Shown: in pieces, positions 48,330 to 58,411 of the stretch | Numbering within the stretch: the stretch's first letter is position 1 | Layout of the letters: each line of letters opens with the position of its first letter | Source of the DNA: Promethearchaeota archaeon | GTDB taxonomy: Archaea; Asgardarchaeota; Lokiarchaeia; Sigyniarchaeales; SOKP01 | Reading direction: 5' to 3' | Assembly: GCA_016839705.1 (NCBI GenBank) | Contig: JAEOTR010000057.1 | Coordinates: forward strand, 1-64,000 | DNA length: 64,000 bases | Translations under genes and position numbers: made by a program | The notes under the pieces: model-generated | The model's database searches: none | Seen by the model: only the letters and a program-made list of their open reading frames with translations | Told to the model about the DNA's origin: nothing

Positions 48330-48785
48330 CTATGGTAGTTTGTGACCACAACTACCACAAAAATCAGAATCAGGCTTTAGGGGTTTTCCACATTCAGGAC
48401 ATAAGTTATTTTGAGAGCTCTCAATTTGAGATCTGGCTTTGTTAATGGTTTCTGCTAAAATTAATGAATTTTTTTTAGACTGTTTTATAAAATGCTTAAG
48501 GTTATCAAGTGGTACAATAGTGTAAAATTTTCCAGAATGAGTTTCAATTTTAACTAGATGCATAATTCGACGTTTAGTTTTATATGCTGAAGAGATATCT
48601 GACCATGGGAGCTCTAGATGAAATCCTGCATTATGTTTAATAATTCCAGGTGCACTTACATTTTGACCCTCAAAAGTTAGACCTTCAGTAGTAATGTGAA
48701 TATTTGCATAGTAAACATTATCATATTGCACCATTTTCATCTCTCCTTCACAGAAGAATCCTGCTGCTTGGTATAATAACGTCAT
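48330..48785 (-). CDS. PH/GRAM-like domain + zinc ribbon protein
   Basis: IHITTEGLTF...LELPWSDISS PH-like pattern ending in a helix; CPECG...FCGSCG. Confidence 0.65.
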   Translation of the reverse strand: MTLLYQAAGFFCEGEMKMVQYDNVYYANIHITTEGLTFEGQNVSAPGIIKHNAGFHLELPWSDISSAYKTKRRIMHLVKIETHSGKFYTIVPLDNLKHFIKQSKKNSLILAETINKARSQIESSQNNLCPECGKPLKPDSDFCGSCGHKLP

Positions 48786-48876
48786 TTTTAATACCTTATT
48801 TTTGTCTTTTTAATATTTTAATATATTATTTGTAAGGTTAATATTAAATATTTTCGTTTTAATTTGTCCTAGCAGA

Positions 48877-49935
48877 TTAATTTTGAAAGGATTTAATAAT
48901 TGAGATAGGGAATCCACAAAATTTACAATTTCCATAAGAATCTAAATACAAATCCTGAATTCCTAACATTTTTCTTTTTATGACTAATTTATAACATTGA
49001 GGGCAATAAGTATGATCATAATCGTTAGAATGTAAATTTCCAAGATATACATATTTTAAACCAACATCTCTTGCAATATCATGTGCATTATTTAGAAGTT
49101 CTAAAGGTGTAGGCTCTGAAAGTCCATAATTAGATGATTTATAATGAGGAAAGAAACGACTTATATGATATGGTGTTAATTCACCTAATTCATTAAATAT
49201 TCTTTCAGCAATTTTTTTAACAATTTCTTCTTTAGAATTTAATCCTTGTATTAATAATGTTGTTATTTCAATATGAACGCCTAAATCCTTTGCTAAACTT
49301 GCATTTCTCCATACTTTCTCTACGTCAGTGCCACAATATTGCTGGACCATATCAGAATCTCCTTTAATATCTATGTTCATTGCATCAAGACCAGCATCTA
49401 CTAGATCTCTTAAAACTTCTTCTGTCATGTAACCATTTGTGACGTATGTATTATATAAACCGTTCTGTTTAGCTAATTTAAATACTTCCAACGAATATTC
49501 AAACAATAATGTAGGTTCATTAAAAGAAATTGATGTACCTTTACATTTTCTTTTTAAAGCAATCTCTATCAATTTCTTAGGTGAGAAAAATTCATCAAAT
49601 GTCACAAATTGAATCGCTTTTGATGGACTAGTTTTTGATAGATGATGATTTTGGCACCAAAAACATGAAAAATTACACCCATATGTACCAATAGTTAATG
49701 CTTTACTTCCTGGATGAAAGTGATAAAAAGGTTTCTTTTCGATTGGATTAATTGATAAAGCTGGAATTAATCCATAAACGATTGTATATATTTCTCCCTC
49801 CTTATTAATTCTAGTTTGGCAAAACCCAGATTTTCCATTCGGAATTGTACACTTTCTCTCACAAGTTAAACACTGAGAGGTACTTTCATCAATTTGTCTT
49901 TGGTATTTAGCCTTCTTTACAAATTCTGAATTCAT
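48877..49935 (-). CDS. amrS: AmmeMemoRadiSam system radical SAM enzyme
   Basis: PIEKKPFYHFHPG, GCNFSCFWCQN, SFNEP, HISRFFP and YVYLGN motifs. Confidence 0.9.
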   Translation of the reverse strand: MNSEFVKKAKYQRQIDESTSQCLTCERKCTIPNGKSGFCQTRINKEGEIYTIVYGLIPALSINPIEKKPFYHFHPGSKALTIGTYGCNFSCFWCQNHHLSKTSPSKAIQFVTFDEFFSPKKLIEIALKRKCKGTSISFNEPTLLFEYSLEVFKLAKQNGLYNTYVTNGYMTEEVLRDLVDAGLDAMNIDIKGDSDMVQQYCGTDVEKVWRNASLAKDLGVHIEITTLLIQGLNSKEEIVKKIAERIFNELGELTPYHISRFFPHYKSSNYGLSEPTPLELLNNAHDIARDVGLKYVYLGNLHSNDYDHTYCPQCYKLVIKRKMLGIQDLYLDSYGNCKFCGFPISIIKSFQN

Positions 49936-50199
49936 TCAAATCAATCTTGAAATTTAATAATGCCTTTTATACCTTTCATGTTTTTAATTACATAATAATT
50001 AGAGAATATTATTAGCCATCTTGTTTTAAATTAAGGTAAACTATCTAAAAAACTCTTTAATAACTAATCGACTAAATTTATAAATCCTAAAATTAGCCCC
50101 AAAACTAACCTTATTAATGGGATTGTCCTACTCTTTAAATAGTATATTTACTTATACTGCAGAAAAGCAATAATTAAAAAAGTGAAAATGTGATTTCGA

Positions 50200-50508
50200 C
50201 TGCCAAAATGTCCATATTGTAAAGAAGAGCTTGAATTAAAACTCGAAATTAACCCAACACCTATCAACGACAAGTTTAAGAGTGATCTCTTAAAAACTTA
50301 TGAGAGTTTCATAGAAATTCAAGCTGAGGTTGTCCCCTTTGGGGGAAAAATGCTAAAAAGAATGGCAAATTATGGTTTAAAATTTGTTAGTCGATATTTA
50401 GATCGAATTGGAGCTATACCCCTAATATTGCATTCTTGTTCAAAATGCGATTCAGTGATATCATCCGAATCGGTAGTAGATTTAATGTCTTCACAAAGCT
50501 CAAGCTAA
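50200..50508 (+). CDS. Hypothetical split zinc-ribbon protein (102 aa), CTG start, missing from ORF track
   Basis: Open frame (M)PKCPYCKEELEL...ILHSCSKCDSVI...SSS*; in-frame TGA three codons upstream; GTGAT SD-like motif before CTG. Confidence 0.7.
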   Translation: MPKCPYCKEELELKLEINPTPINDKFKSDLLKTYESFIEIQAEVVPFGGKMLKRMANYGLKFVSRYLDRIGAIPLILHSCSKCDSVISSESVVDLMSSQSSS

Positions 50509-50556
50509 CCATACATAGCATACTTTGTTTTTATCATAGAATTTATCTAAACGACC

Positions 50557-52725
50557 CTATCTAAAATATTCTTTTGAAACAAGTCTACAGAACTTAACTA
50601 ATTTTTCTCCCAAATCTGTTTTATCAGAGGAATTGGTTAAAATCCAGTTTTTATCGTATAATTTATCTAAATAATCTCCTCTAGCATCGATAGAAAATGC
50701 AAACACTTTGAAAATTTTTTTGACATCATGTATTTCCTTAATAGCATTATTTAAACCATAACTTCCGGATCCTGCGGGTTGTCCATCTGATATAACTATG
50801 ATTATTACATTCTTTTCTAATTTTGCGGCTTCGTGTTTTAAAGAAATCCCATCCAAATTACTGCAAACGCTCCCATGGCAACCAAATTTATCAAATTTTT
50901 TTGAATCTGGATTTTCATTAAAATCTTTTAATAATATATTTATAGCATCATATTCTCCAGTAAATAGCACAATCCGTAATTGAGCAATCTCATAAAGGGC
51001 TTCACAGAGCATTATCATAGCGATTTTAGCACACTCTAATTTAATCCCTTCCATACTACCACTAATGTCTACTAATAAAAGAATTTTAAGTTCCTTTTGT
51101 TTAATTTTTCGAGAAAAACATGTCTTATATTTGTAATCACTGGTAACTGCTTTAATGAATTTACTGTTTAATCTCCCCCTTTTTTGGAAGCTGTCAAAAT
51201 CAATTTGATTCTTAAAATCTTTAAAAATGAATTTTATTCGGGTAATTAAATTTCTAAAATTTTTAATAATTTGGTTATAAGAAAGTACAATAGCTTTCAT
51301 TGTTTCATTTTCTATCCTAGTTTCAACTACTTTCCTTTCTCCTTTTCCCTCAGATAATTTGATGAAGCATATTCCTTTATCTATTGTTAAAAACCTCTCT
51401 TCCATCGGATTTTGAGCCTGATTGACTAATTTTAAAAATTCCCCAAGATAATTTCCTTTTTCAAGCTCTTCTTTACTCATCTTTTCTTCATCAAAAGAGC
51501 TAGATAATAATTCTCCTAATTGGTCAATCCTATCTTGTTCATAATTCATTGCATTTTTTCCATTCGTATTTAATCCTTGTTCCATTTTATCAACTTTAGT
51601 ACACTCAGTGTCACTCAGAGCGCTATCAATGTCAGAATTGGGAAATTCATTAAGAGTATCTTTAATCGAGTCTATATTTTCTATCAATTTTTCTATGTCA
51701 TTAGTAGATAAATCTGAATCTTTGATTTTATCAATAACTTTCTCACTGGTAATATCCAACTCTGAATCCTCTGATTTCTCCCATTTATCTGTAAAATCTT
51801 CAAAATGATTTAATAATGGATCTTTTCTCTGAGCGGTATATTCTGGATATGATTTATAGTCATTATCATCATAATAACACGGATCTTCCATAAAATCCGA
51901 ATCTAATTCAGCCTTACTATCTTTTTCAAGATTATTTCTTAATGTGAATTCTCCAGTATCATTTACACTTTCTACAGGCTTATAATCATCCTCCTCGTGG
52001 TCATATTCTTGATATCTAACTTGAGAGGGTGCAGATCCTTTAGATTGAGGTGAGATTCTTTTAATCCTCCTTTTGATATAATATTTCTTTAAAACCTTGG
52101 ATAATTGATCTATTGTAATAATTGAAGAAGTGGGCGTCAGAGTTTTTAACAAAAATGTTTTTGCAACAGATATCGCGTTCCAATCTTCATCAGACATTAA
52201 TCGGGTCCTAAATTTTGGTTTCTTCTGAAAGTCTTTATAATCCTCCATATACAAATTTATATAAACAAGAATATCACCCGATTCTTTCATTCTTAATTTC
52301 AATTCAGGCAATAAACTTTTAGTAAATGTTCTCAAATTTTTATAGAAACCTGGAAATTTTATGTTATTTATTGCATTAATTCTTACATCTTCTGCAACAT
52401 TTATGATTTTTTTCACAATAAATTCTGGAAACGAGTATTTAGTGGCTATTGTTTTAGCCAATTTAATAAAGGATAATTCATATGATCCATAACCTATATG
52501 ACCACTTTCATGAGCAACCAAACCTTGTGAAGATATTATGTCACTCTTAATATCGTTTGGTAAGTAGATAAATCGACCATCGGTAAAAGCTATATGTGAA
52601 CTTTGGTTGAAATTAATTGAAATATCATTGTTACCACTAATTCTTTTAGCGGTGTTTGTTAAGGCAAATAAATCTGAAAGAAAATCTTTCTTAAAAAGCT
52701 CATATAATTCTGTAAATACTCTCAC
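50557..52725 (-). CDS. VWA domain protein, CobT/NorD-like, with N-terminal HExxH domain
   Basis: AHESGH...NVAEDVRI; acidic linker; MIDAS LVDISGSM and ISDGQP. Confidence 0.85.
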   Translation of the reverse strand: MRVFTELYELFKKDFLSDLFALTNTAKRISGNNDISINFNQSSHIAFTDGRFIYLPNDIKSDIISSQGLVAHESGHIGYGSYELSFIKLAKTIATKYSFPEFIVKKIINVAEDVRINAINNIKFPGFYKNLRTFTKSLLPELKLRMKESGDILVYINLYMEDYKDFQKKPKFRTRLMSDEDWNAISVAKTFLLKTLTPTSSIITIDQLSKVLKKYYIKRRIKRISPQSKGSAPSQVRYQEYDHEEDDYKPVESVNDTGEFTLRNNLEKDSKAELDSDFMEDPCYYDDNDYKSYPEYTAQRKDPLLNHFEDFTDKWEKSEDSELDITSEKVIDKIKDSDLSTNDIEKLIENIDSIKDTLNEFPNSDIDSALSDTECTKVDKMEQGLNTNGKNAMNYEQDRIDQLGELLSSSFDEEKMSKEELEKGNYLGEFLKLVNQAQNPMEERFLTIDKGICFIKLSEGKGERKVVETRIENETMKAIVLSYNQIIKNFRNLITRIKFIFKDFKNQIDFDSFQKRGRLNSKFIKAVTSDYKYKTCFSRKIKQKELKILLLVDISGSMEGIKLECAKIAMIMLCEALYEIAQLRIVLFTGEYDAINILLKDFNENPDSKKFDKFGCHGSVCSNLDGISLKHEAAKLEKNVIIIVISDGQPAGSGSYGLNNAIKEIHDVKKIFKVFAFSIDARGDYLDKLYDKNWILTNSSDKTDLGEKLVKFCRLVSKEYFR

Positions 52726-52755
52726 CTACAATTATGTATAAATTTTTGTTGACCA

Positions 52756-54009
52756 CTAAAATATTGGGCTATCATTTTTCATGAAATTCATTAACTCCTG
52801 CTTTTTATACCGATATAACCACTTAATATAATTAAGAGTTATTTCTCCTCGAAAGAGATAATTTTTTCCTGTGTCTTTCTTATAGAGTTCGTGTAAGCCT
52901 TTTTTTTTGGTCAAAAAAATATAATCCTGAAAGGTCTTTCTATTGTAACACCAAAACCAATCAATGAATTTCCACATTATCCCCCCATTTTTCTTTAGAG
53001 CATTATCTTGTTTATAAAAATGAATATATTTAATAACATGTTTCTTCATATTGGTTATTATTCTTTGTTCTTCTGTTTCGCTTAACTCGATTTCTTCCTC
53101 TTGGATGACTTTAGAGTTTCCTTCAGGGGATAGAACTCCTCTCAATTTGCTCTCAAACATTTTGCCATCTAATATCATAGCTATACTCTTTTTCTCTTCT
53201 TGATTTTCCCCTAATTTGTTTATAATTATATTTTCAATATTATTTCTCAGAAACTTGGGGGGCATACTGGAAACAACTAAGCAAAAATTTACGACTAGAC
53301 GGGTTGAAAAAATTTTTGTTATAGAAAAGTCTTTAGTAGCTTGCTTTCTTATTTGCCTAGCGGCGTCAACAACGATTTCTGCTAATTTTCTATCACATCC
53401 AGACATTTTAGTTGCGATTTCAATTTCTTTTGGTTTTATCGGGTAATCTATTTCAGGGCTCGCAATGAAGCGATCTTCAAAAGCTTCTTGAAGCTTATTA
53501 ATCCCAATTACACCCTTATTTAATGTGCCAATTATTACAAGTTTACTCTTCGGATTTAATTCGTATCTTTCAAAACCTTTAGATATCAAATTAAGGTGAT
53601 TCTCTGATAGCAATGAATTTAATGAAATCTGTTCACTTTCTCGAATAGCGTTTACTTCATTAATTATAATAAAAGAAATCCCCTTCTTATTAGCATCTTC
53701 TATAGCTCTAGTCAAAGGGCCAAAATTAAATCTTGTCTCTCCTTTAAATAATTCCCAGTAACCCTCAATATCACGTCTATCAAGGTCAGGAGATCCATCA
53801 ATGATGTAATAATGAGCGTTAAAAGAATTTGCCAGTGTTATCGCGAGTAAAGTTTTTCCTGTACCAGGAGGTCCATGCAATAAAACACCCATACATGTCC
53901 CTTCCTCAACTGATTTAATTAAATTCTTTAAATAATCAAATTCATCATTTTGCTGAATATAACCATAATTACTACGGTTTTGTGAGATTAAAATAATTGA
54001 TTCCTCCAA
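52756..54009 (-). CDS. MoxR-class AAA+ ATPase (CbbQ/NirQ/CobS-like) with C-terminal extension
   Basis: GPPGTGKT, GPLTRA, IIINEVN, EAFEDRF and STR motifs. Confidence 0.88.
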   Translation of the reverse strand: MEESIILISQNRSNYGYIQQNDEFDYLKNLIKSVEEGTCMGVLLHGPPGTGKTLLAITLANSFNAHYYIIDGSPDLDRRDIEGYWELFKGETRFNFGPLTRAIEDANKKGISFIIINEVNAIRESEQISLNSLLSENHLNLISKGFERYELNPKSKLVIIGTLNKGVIGINKLQEAFEDRFIASPEIDYPIKPKEIEIATKMSGCDRKLAEIVVDAARQIRKQATKDFSITKIFSTRLVVNFCLVVSSMPPKFLRNNIENIIINKLGENQEEKKSIAMILDGKMFESKLRGVLSPEGNSKVIQEEEIELSETEEQRIITNMKKHVIKYIHFYKQDNALKKNGGIMWKFIDWFWCYNRKTFQDYIFLTKKKGLHELYKKDTGKNYLFRGEITLNYIKWLYRYKKQELMNFMKNDSPIF

Positions 54010-54218
54010 AGTTTTAATTTACTTGCTTATATTATATATCCTTCAAAATTAAATTACCCCAAATATGAAATATTGAAATACAAATAATTCTAATTATAAA
54101 TTTTTATGTCTTGGTGATTATTTGTTATTCTCCAATAATATTTAAAAAATAAGTGTATATCAAATTAGTAAAAAAAAGGATATCACTTTACTTTTACATA
54201 ATAGGTTAAGATAAATGA

Positions 54219-55034
54219 TTAAGGTGCCACAATCAAAATAACTATATAAACAAGCATTAAATTCCCTAGTATAATCCCTGTATCTTTTAGAGAGGATCTT
54301 CCTAATAAATTATTTCTCGGGGTTCTAAATACATATAAGATCCCGATTGGAAAGAATAAAATTGGAATGAATACTAAATACAGAGTTATAATAAACGATA
54401 CTATTGCTATAATTAATGATATGATTGATGCTATCCAAATTACTAACTGAGATGTTCTTGGTTTTAACTTAGATAAAGAATCCCCGTCAATCATTTCGTG
54501 AACCATTTGACCTGTAAACGCTACAGAAATAACTGTGCCTAATATTAAAGATTCGGCTAATGTAAGATTTGGTAAAAAGCCCATGATAATATCTCCCGCA
54601 TTAATTTTAATCATAAACCATGGTAAAACAATGTGTGAAGTGCCTAAGATTATATGGTTTATAATCGTAAGAGATTTAAAAAAACAGTAAAAAACAACCA
54701 TTAACACAATTAAAATTAAGTAAACTGCGAGTAATGGATTAACTAAGATCTCATTTGCAAAACAAGTAGTTCCTAAAACAAAACTTCCAATTGAGATCAC
54801 TAATATTTCCTTGCGAGAATATCCTTTCACTCTTTCTAAAGTTTCCTTCTCATTCGGATCTTTCATATCAATTACATCATTTAGAGTATTTCCCGTTATG
54901 GCATAAAACATAAAACCAGTTAAAATCCAAATATGAGAGATCAAATCGTAATTGTTTAAATAGATACACAATAAACATGGTATTAATACGGAGAAAACAT
55001 ATTCAACTCGAAGGAGCCTAAAGCCTTTACTCAT
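54219..55034 (-). CDS. UbiA prenyltransferase family protein (divergent)
   Basis: NDVIDMKD Asp-rich motif, HEMIDGD, about 8 TM. Confidence 0.7.
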   Translation of the reverse strand: MSKGFRLLRVEYVFSVLIPCLLCIYLNNYDLISHIWILTGFMFYAITGNTLNDVIDMKDPNEKETLERVKGYSRKEILVISIGSFVLGTTCFANEILVNPLLAVYLILIVLMVVFYCFFKSLTIINHIILGTSHIVLPWFMIKINAGDIIMGFLPNLTLAESLILGTVISVAFTGQMVHEMIDGDSLSKLKPRTSQLVIWIASIISLIIAIVSFIITLYLVFIPILFFPIGILYVFRTPRNNLLGRSSLKDTGIILGNLMLVYIVILIVAP

Positions 55035-55219
55035 ATAAAATAATCACATTACTCATGATACTAAATTAATTTCTAGTATAATCAAAAAGATTTAAGATTT
55101 CTGAGATAAATCCATATATATTAAAGATTAGAGGAAAGAACATAGATCGTTTAGTTAAAAAATTGTAATATTTTGTTAAATGAAGAGAAAAATCCAACAA
55201 TTTATTTTGGAACATAAAT

Positions 55220-56071
55220 TTGAGTGTAATACTTATGGAAAACTATATCCTTTTAGTAGATTGCACGGATGAAAAAGGACTCATCCATAAAATAACCGGT
55301 GTCCTATATGATCAGGGTTTAAATATAATTAGCAATAGCGAATTTGTTGAAGAAGAAAGCAATCATTTCTTCATGCGTTCAGAATTTACCGGAGATATCA
55401 ATGGTAATGCTATCCTTAATCAATTAAGAGAGGTTTTGCCTAAGGATTCAACCAGCAAACTAATTAAATTTAGAAAAAAGAGAATAGTCGTATTTGTGAG
55501 TAAAGAACATCACTGTCTAGGAGATCTTTTAGTAAAGAATGAATTTAATGAAATGAATGCTGAAATTCTTGCCATTATCAGCAATCATTCAGTCTTAGAA
55601 TCATTAGTTGAAAAATTTAATATCCCATTTTACTATGAGAGTCATCAAAATAAGACGAGAGAAGATCATGAGGAAAAAATTTTAGAAATCCTCAAGAAAT
55701 ATGAACCTGATTATTTAATTCTCGCTAAGTATATGCGAATCTTAACTTCCAATTTCCTATCAAAATATGAAAATAAAATAATTAATATCCATCATTCCTT
55801 CCTACCTGCTTTTATTGGAGTAAATCCTTATGAGCAAGCATTCAAACGAGGTGTTAAGATCATTGGCGCTACATCACACATTGTTACGGAAGAATTAGAT
55901 GAAGGGCCGATAATAGCTCAAGAAATTATTAATATTAATCATAAATATACTGTAAAAGATATGAAACAAGCAGGGAGAGAAGTTGAAATTTCTGCTCTAT
56001 CAAAAGCAATGAAGCTTGTATTTGAAGATAGAGTTTTTTTAAGTAATAATAAAACAATAATATTTGAGTGA
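55220..56071 (+). CDS. purU: Formyltetrahydrofolate deformylase
   Basis: N-terminal ACT domain, SKEHHCLGDLL, LAKYMRIL, INIHHSFLPAF, RGVKIIGAT and LDEGPII motifs. Confidence 0.95.
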   Translation: MSVILMENYILLVDCTDEKGLIHKITGVLYDQGLNIISNSEFVEEESNHFFMRSEFTGDINGNAILNQLREVLPKDSTSKLIKFRKKRIVVFVSKEHHCLGDLLVKNEFNEMNAEILAIISNHSVLESLVEKFNIPFYYESHQNKTREDHEEKILEILKKYEPDYLILAKYMRILTSNFLSKYENKIINIHHSFLPAFIGVNPYEQAFKRGVKIIGATSHIVTEELDEGPIIAQEIININHKYTVKDMKQAGREVEISALSKAMKLVFEDRVFLSNNKTIIFE

Positions 56072-56081
56072 ATTTCTACAT

Positions 56082-56312
56082 TTATATTTCTCTGAGAACG
56101 ACTACTTCTTCTGGCAAGTAAATTTTTAAGATATCTCCTAGTATCTTATCATCCGTTATTGGTATCCCTCTGATCATGAATTGGGATTTTTTAAGAGGAT
56201 CTATATCCCATTTATATTCACTTAGAAGATATCTTTTTATTTCAATAAATTTTTCATCTGGATCGATCATAAAATCATCCATTAGCTTTTCGATATCCTT
56301 TACTTTAACCAT
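56082..56312 (-). CDS. Putative ubiquitin-like (beta-grasp) protein lacking C-terminal GG
   Basis: 76 aa; residue pattern aligns by eye with ubiquitin (see findings). Confidence 0.55.
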   Translation of the reverse strand: MVKVKDIEKLMDDFMIDPDEKFIEIKRYLLSEYKWDIDPLKKSQFMIRGIPITDDKILGDILKIYLPEEVVVLREI

Positions 56313-56531
56313 TTACCGGTCGCCTACGCTAAAATATAATTTGATAGGTATACTTCCATGTATTATAAATAGTTAGGTTTGATATATTTTTTATTTAATT
56401 TAGAATTCACTAAATTAAAACATTTATCAAATGATTTATGGTTTTTTTAAATGAATTTGGAAACATATAAAAATTAGTCTTTTTATTTAAAATCTAAAAA
56501 TCAATATGAGCACTAGTCAGATAGGACAGAA

Positions 56532-57008
56532 TTGCCTATGAAAAAAATCAAATGGAAAGAGAAATCTACGGAATGGATAGAGAATTTAAAAGAGAGTTTT
56601 TTAAAAAGTATTATTTACAGAGTAATAACAATTTCCCTCGGGATGTTAGTTGCTTTTATAATTACTGGGAGTTTAGCTGCTGCACTTTCGCTAGGGATTA
56701 TAACCGAAACAGTTCAATTTTTTAATTATTTCATTTATGAATCAGTATGGACTAATTTTCATGACAAACGATTAAAGAGAAAGATTCTTGAGACGAAAGA
56801 AGTTAATATCAAATTTGATTTTGAATTAATTAAGGATATTTCATATGATTTTTCTCAAACAGATACTTTTGTTAAGGAAACTCATGATTCGATTATAAGA
56901 TTTTTTGAAAGAATTTTAGAAAATACCAACCTAGGTGAAATACATGAAAGTATTCTTAGGGATAAGTCACATTTTGAACTCAAACACAAACAAAGAAGTT
57001 TTAAGTAA
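56532..57008 (+). CDS. DUF2061-like membrane protein
   Basis: ESFLKSIIYR...ITGS...YFIYESVW pattern. Confidence 0.65.
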   Translation: MPMKKIKWKEKSTEWIENLKESFLKSIIYRVITISLGMLVAFIITGSLAAALSLGIITETVQFFNYFIYESVWTNFHDKRLKRKILETKEVNIKFDFELIKDISYDFSQTDTFVKETHDSIIRFFERILENTNLGEIHESILRDKSHFELKHKQRSFK

Positions 57009-57032
57009 TATTATCAATTAAGGCTTTTCCTA

Positions 57033-57836
57033 TTAAGGAATAAAATACATTCTGATCGCTAATCCTATAAGAATAATAGCTACAAAAAATTGTAAAATAT
57101 GCTTATGTATTTTTTTTGAGAACTTTGTGCCGAAAATAGAACCAATTATCGCTCCAATGCCAATCAGAAGTCCAATGAAATAATGAATTTCTCCAAAAGT
57201 TACTCTAACCGCAGTATTGTATATCCCAATCAAAAAAATCGTCGCTGTTGATACCGCTGTTGCGAAGTGAATTGGTAGTTTGAAAATTATGCTCAGAATT
57301 GGGACGAATAGCATACCTCCCCCGATTCCGCATAGGTAGGCAACAAAACCCGCTAAAAAGAATAAAGGAATTGCTTTTGTTAAATTTGATTTTTTTATGA
57401 AATTATCATAAGAAAATTCTAACTCCAGATTTTTTCCATCTAATCTTTCTGCTTTAGAAGAATTATATGCTTTACGTATCATATTTAACCCTGAAAAAAG
57501 TACTATTGAGGCTATAACAATTTTTAAGATTGAGTTATCAATTGGTATAAACATAAAAAAGACTGTCGCACTGATACTTCCTAATAAAGCAAAACTTGCA
57601 AACATTAATGAAATTTTGAAATTGATTTTCCCTTGTTTAAAATAACTAATAAATGCTATACCAGAGAAGAGAAAAATAATGAACGTAGATGTATCTCTCG
57701 CTTCATTAATTGGAATAGCAAGTAATAAAATCATAGTACTCATATAAAAAGCTCCACCTCCGATTCCTGCAATGGAGCCAATAATTCCAAATAAAACACC
57801 AAAAACAACTAAGATGATGATTATAAATGCATCCAT
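57033..57836 (-). CDS. TauE/SafE family sulfite exporter-like permease
   Basis: Two GIGGG repeats, about 8 TM. Confidence 0.88.
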   Translation of the reverse strand: MDAFIIIILVVFGVLFGIIGSIAGIGGGAFYMSTMILLLAIPINEARDTSTFIIFLFSGIAFISYFKQGKINFKISLMFASFALLGSISATVFFMFIPIDNSILKIVIASIVLFSGLNMIRKAYNSSKAERLDGKNLELEFSYDNFIKKSNLTKAIPLFFLAGFVAYLCGIGGGMLFVPILSIIFKLPIHFATAVSTATIFLIGIYNTAVRVTFGEIHYFIGLLIGIGAIIGSIFGTKFSKKIHKHILQFFVAIILIGLAIRMYFIP

Positions 57837-57968
57837 AAAAAGTGAAATATGATATTTTATTATTAGTTTTCTAAAAATTCGAGGGGTAGAAGGAACAATA
57901 ATAAATTAAAAAAAAGAGATTATTATAATAGAAAAAAATTAAAAACTCAATTTATTTTATGTTTTAAT

Positions 57969-58385
57969 ATGCCCAATTCTAATGCTGACAAACTCCTACT
58001 TGAATTAGTAGCGTGTGATCGTTGTAAAAATGCCTTTATGATGAATAAAGGAGAGAAATTGAGAAAACAAGAAAATAATGAAGAGCTTGTTTGCAAAAAT
58101 TGCATAAAATTAGAAGAAAGAAAGAAACAACTTGAATTGGGTGTAATAAATAACCTGATTGAATCGCATAAAGAAATAGAAGTTTCCATATTAGAAGTTA
58201 AAGATAATATAGATATTTCTAAGTCTGAGTTTAATAAGCAACATTTTTTAGAGAGAATTAAGAAAAGATCTCAAGCTCTTACCAAATCAATTGAACTTTT
58301 ACAAAAAATTGTTGAATCTAACGATGAAAAGTATATCAATGATTATAAGAAACTATTCGAAAAACTAAAGGAAGATTTGTCTTAA
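57969..58385 (+). CDS. Hypothetical Zn-finger + coiled-coil protein
   Basis: CDRC...CKNC followed by a helical region. Confidence 0.65.
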   Translation: MPNSNADKLLLELVACDRCKNAFMMNKGEKLRKQENNEELVCKNCIKLEERKKQLELGVINNLIESHKEIEVSILEVKDNIDISKSEFNKQHFLERIKKRSQALTKSIELLQKIVESNDEKYINDYKKLFEKLKEDLS

Positions 58386-58411
58386 TTTTTTACCATTAAT
58401 TCGATGTAATG

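Noticed and set aside
50188-50193. ATG-TGA as a possible selenocysteine read-through start
   Set aside because: Sec at residue 2 has no redox-motif context and no SECIS-like hairpin was recognised downstream; a CTG start is simpler.
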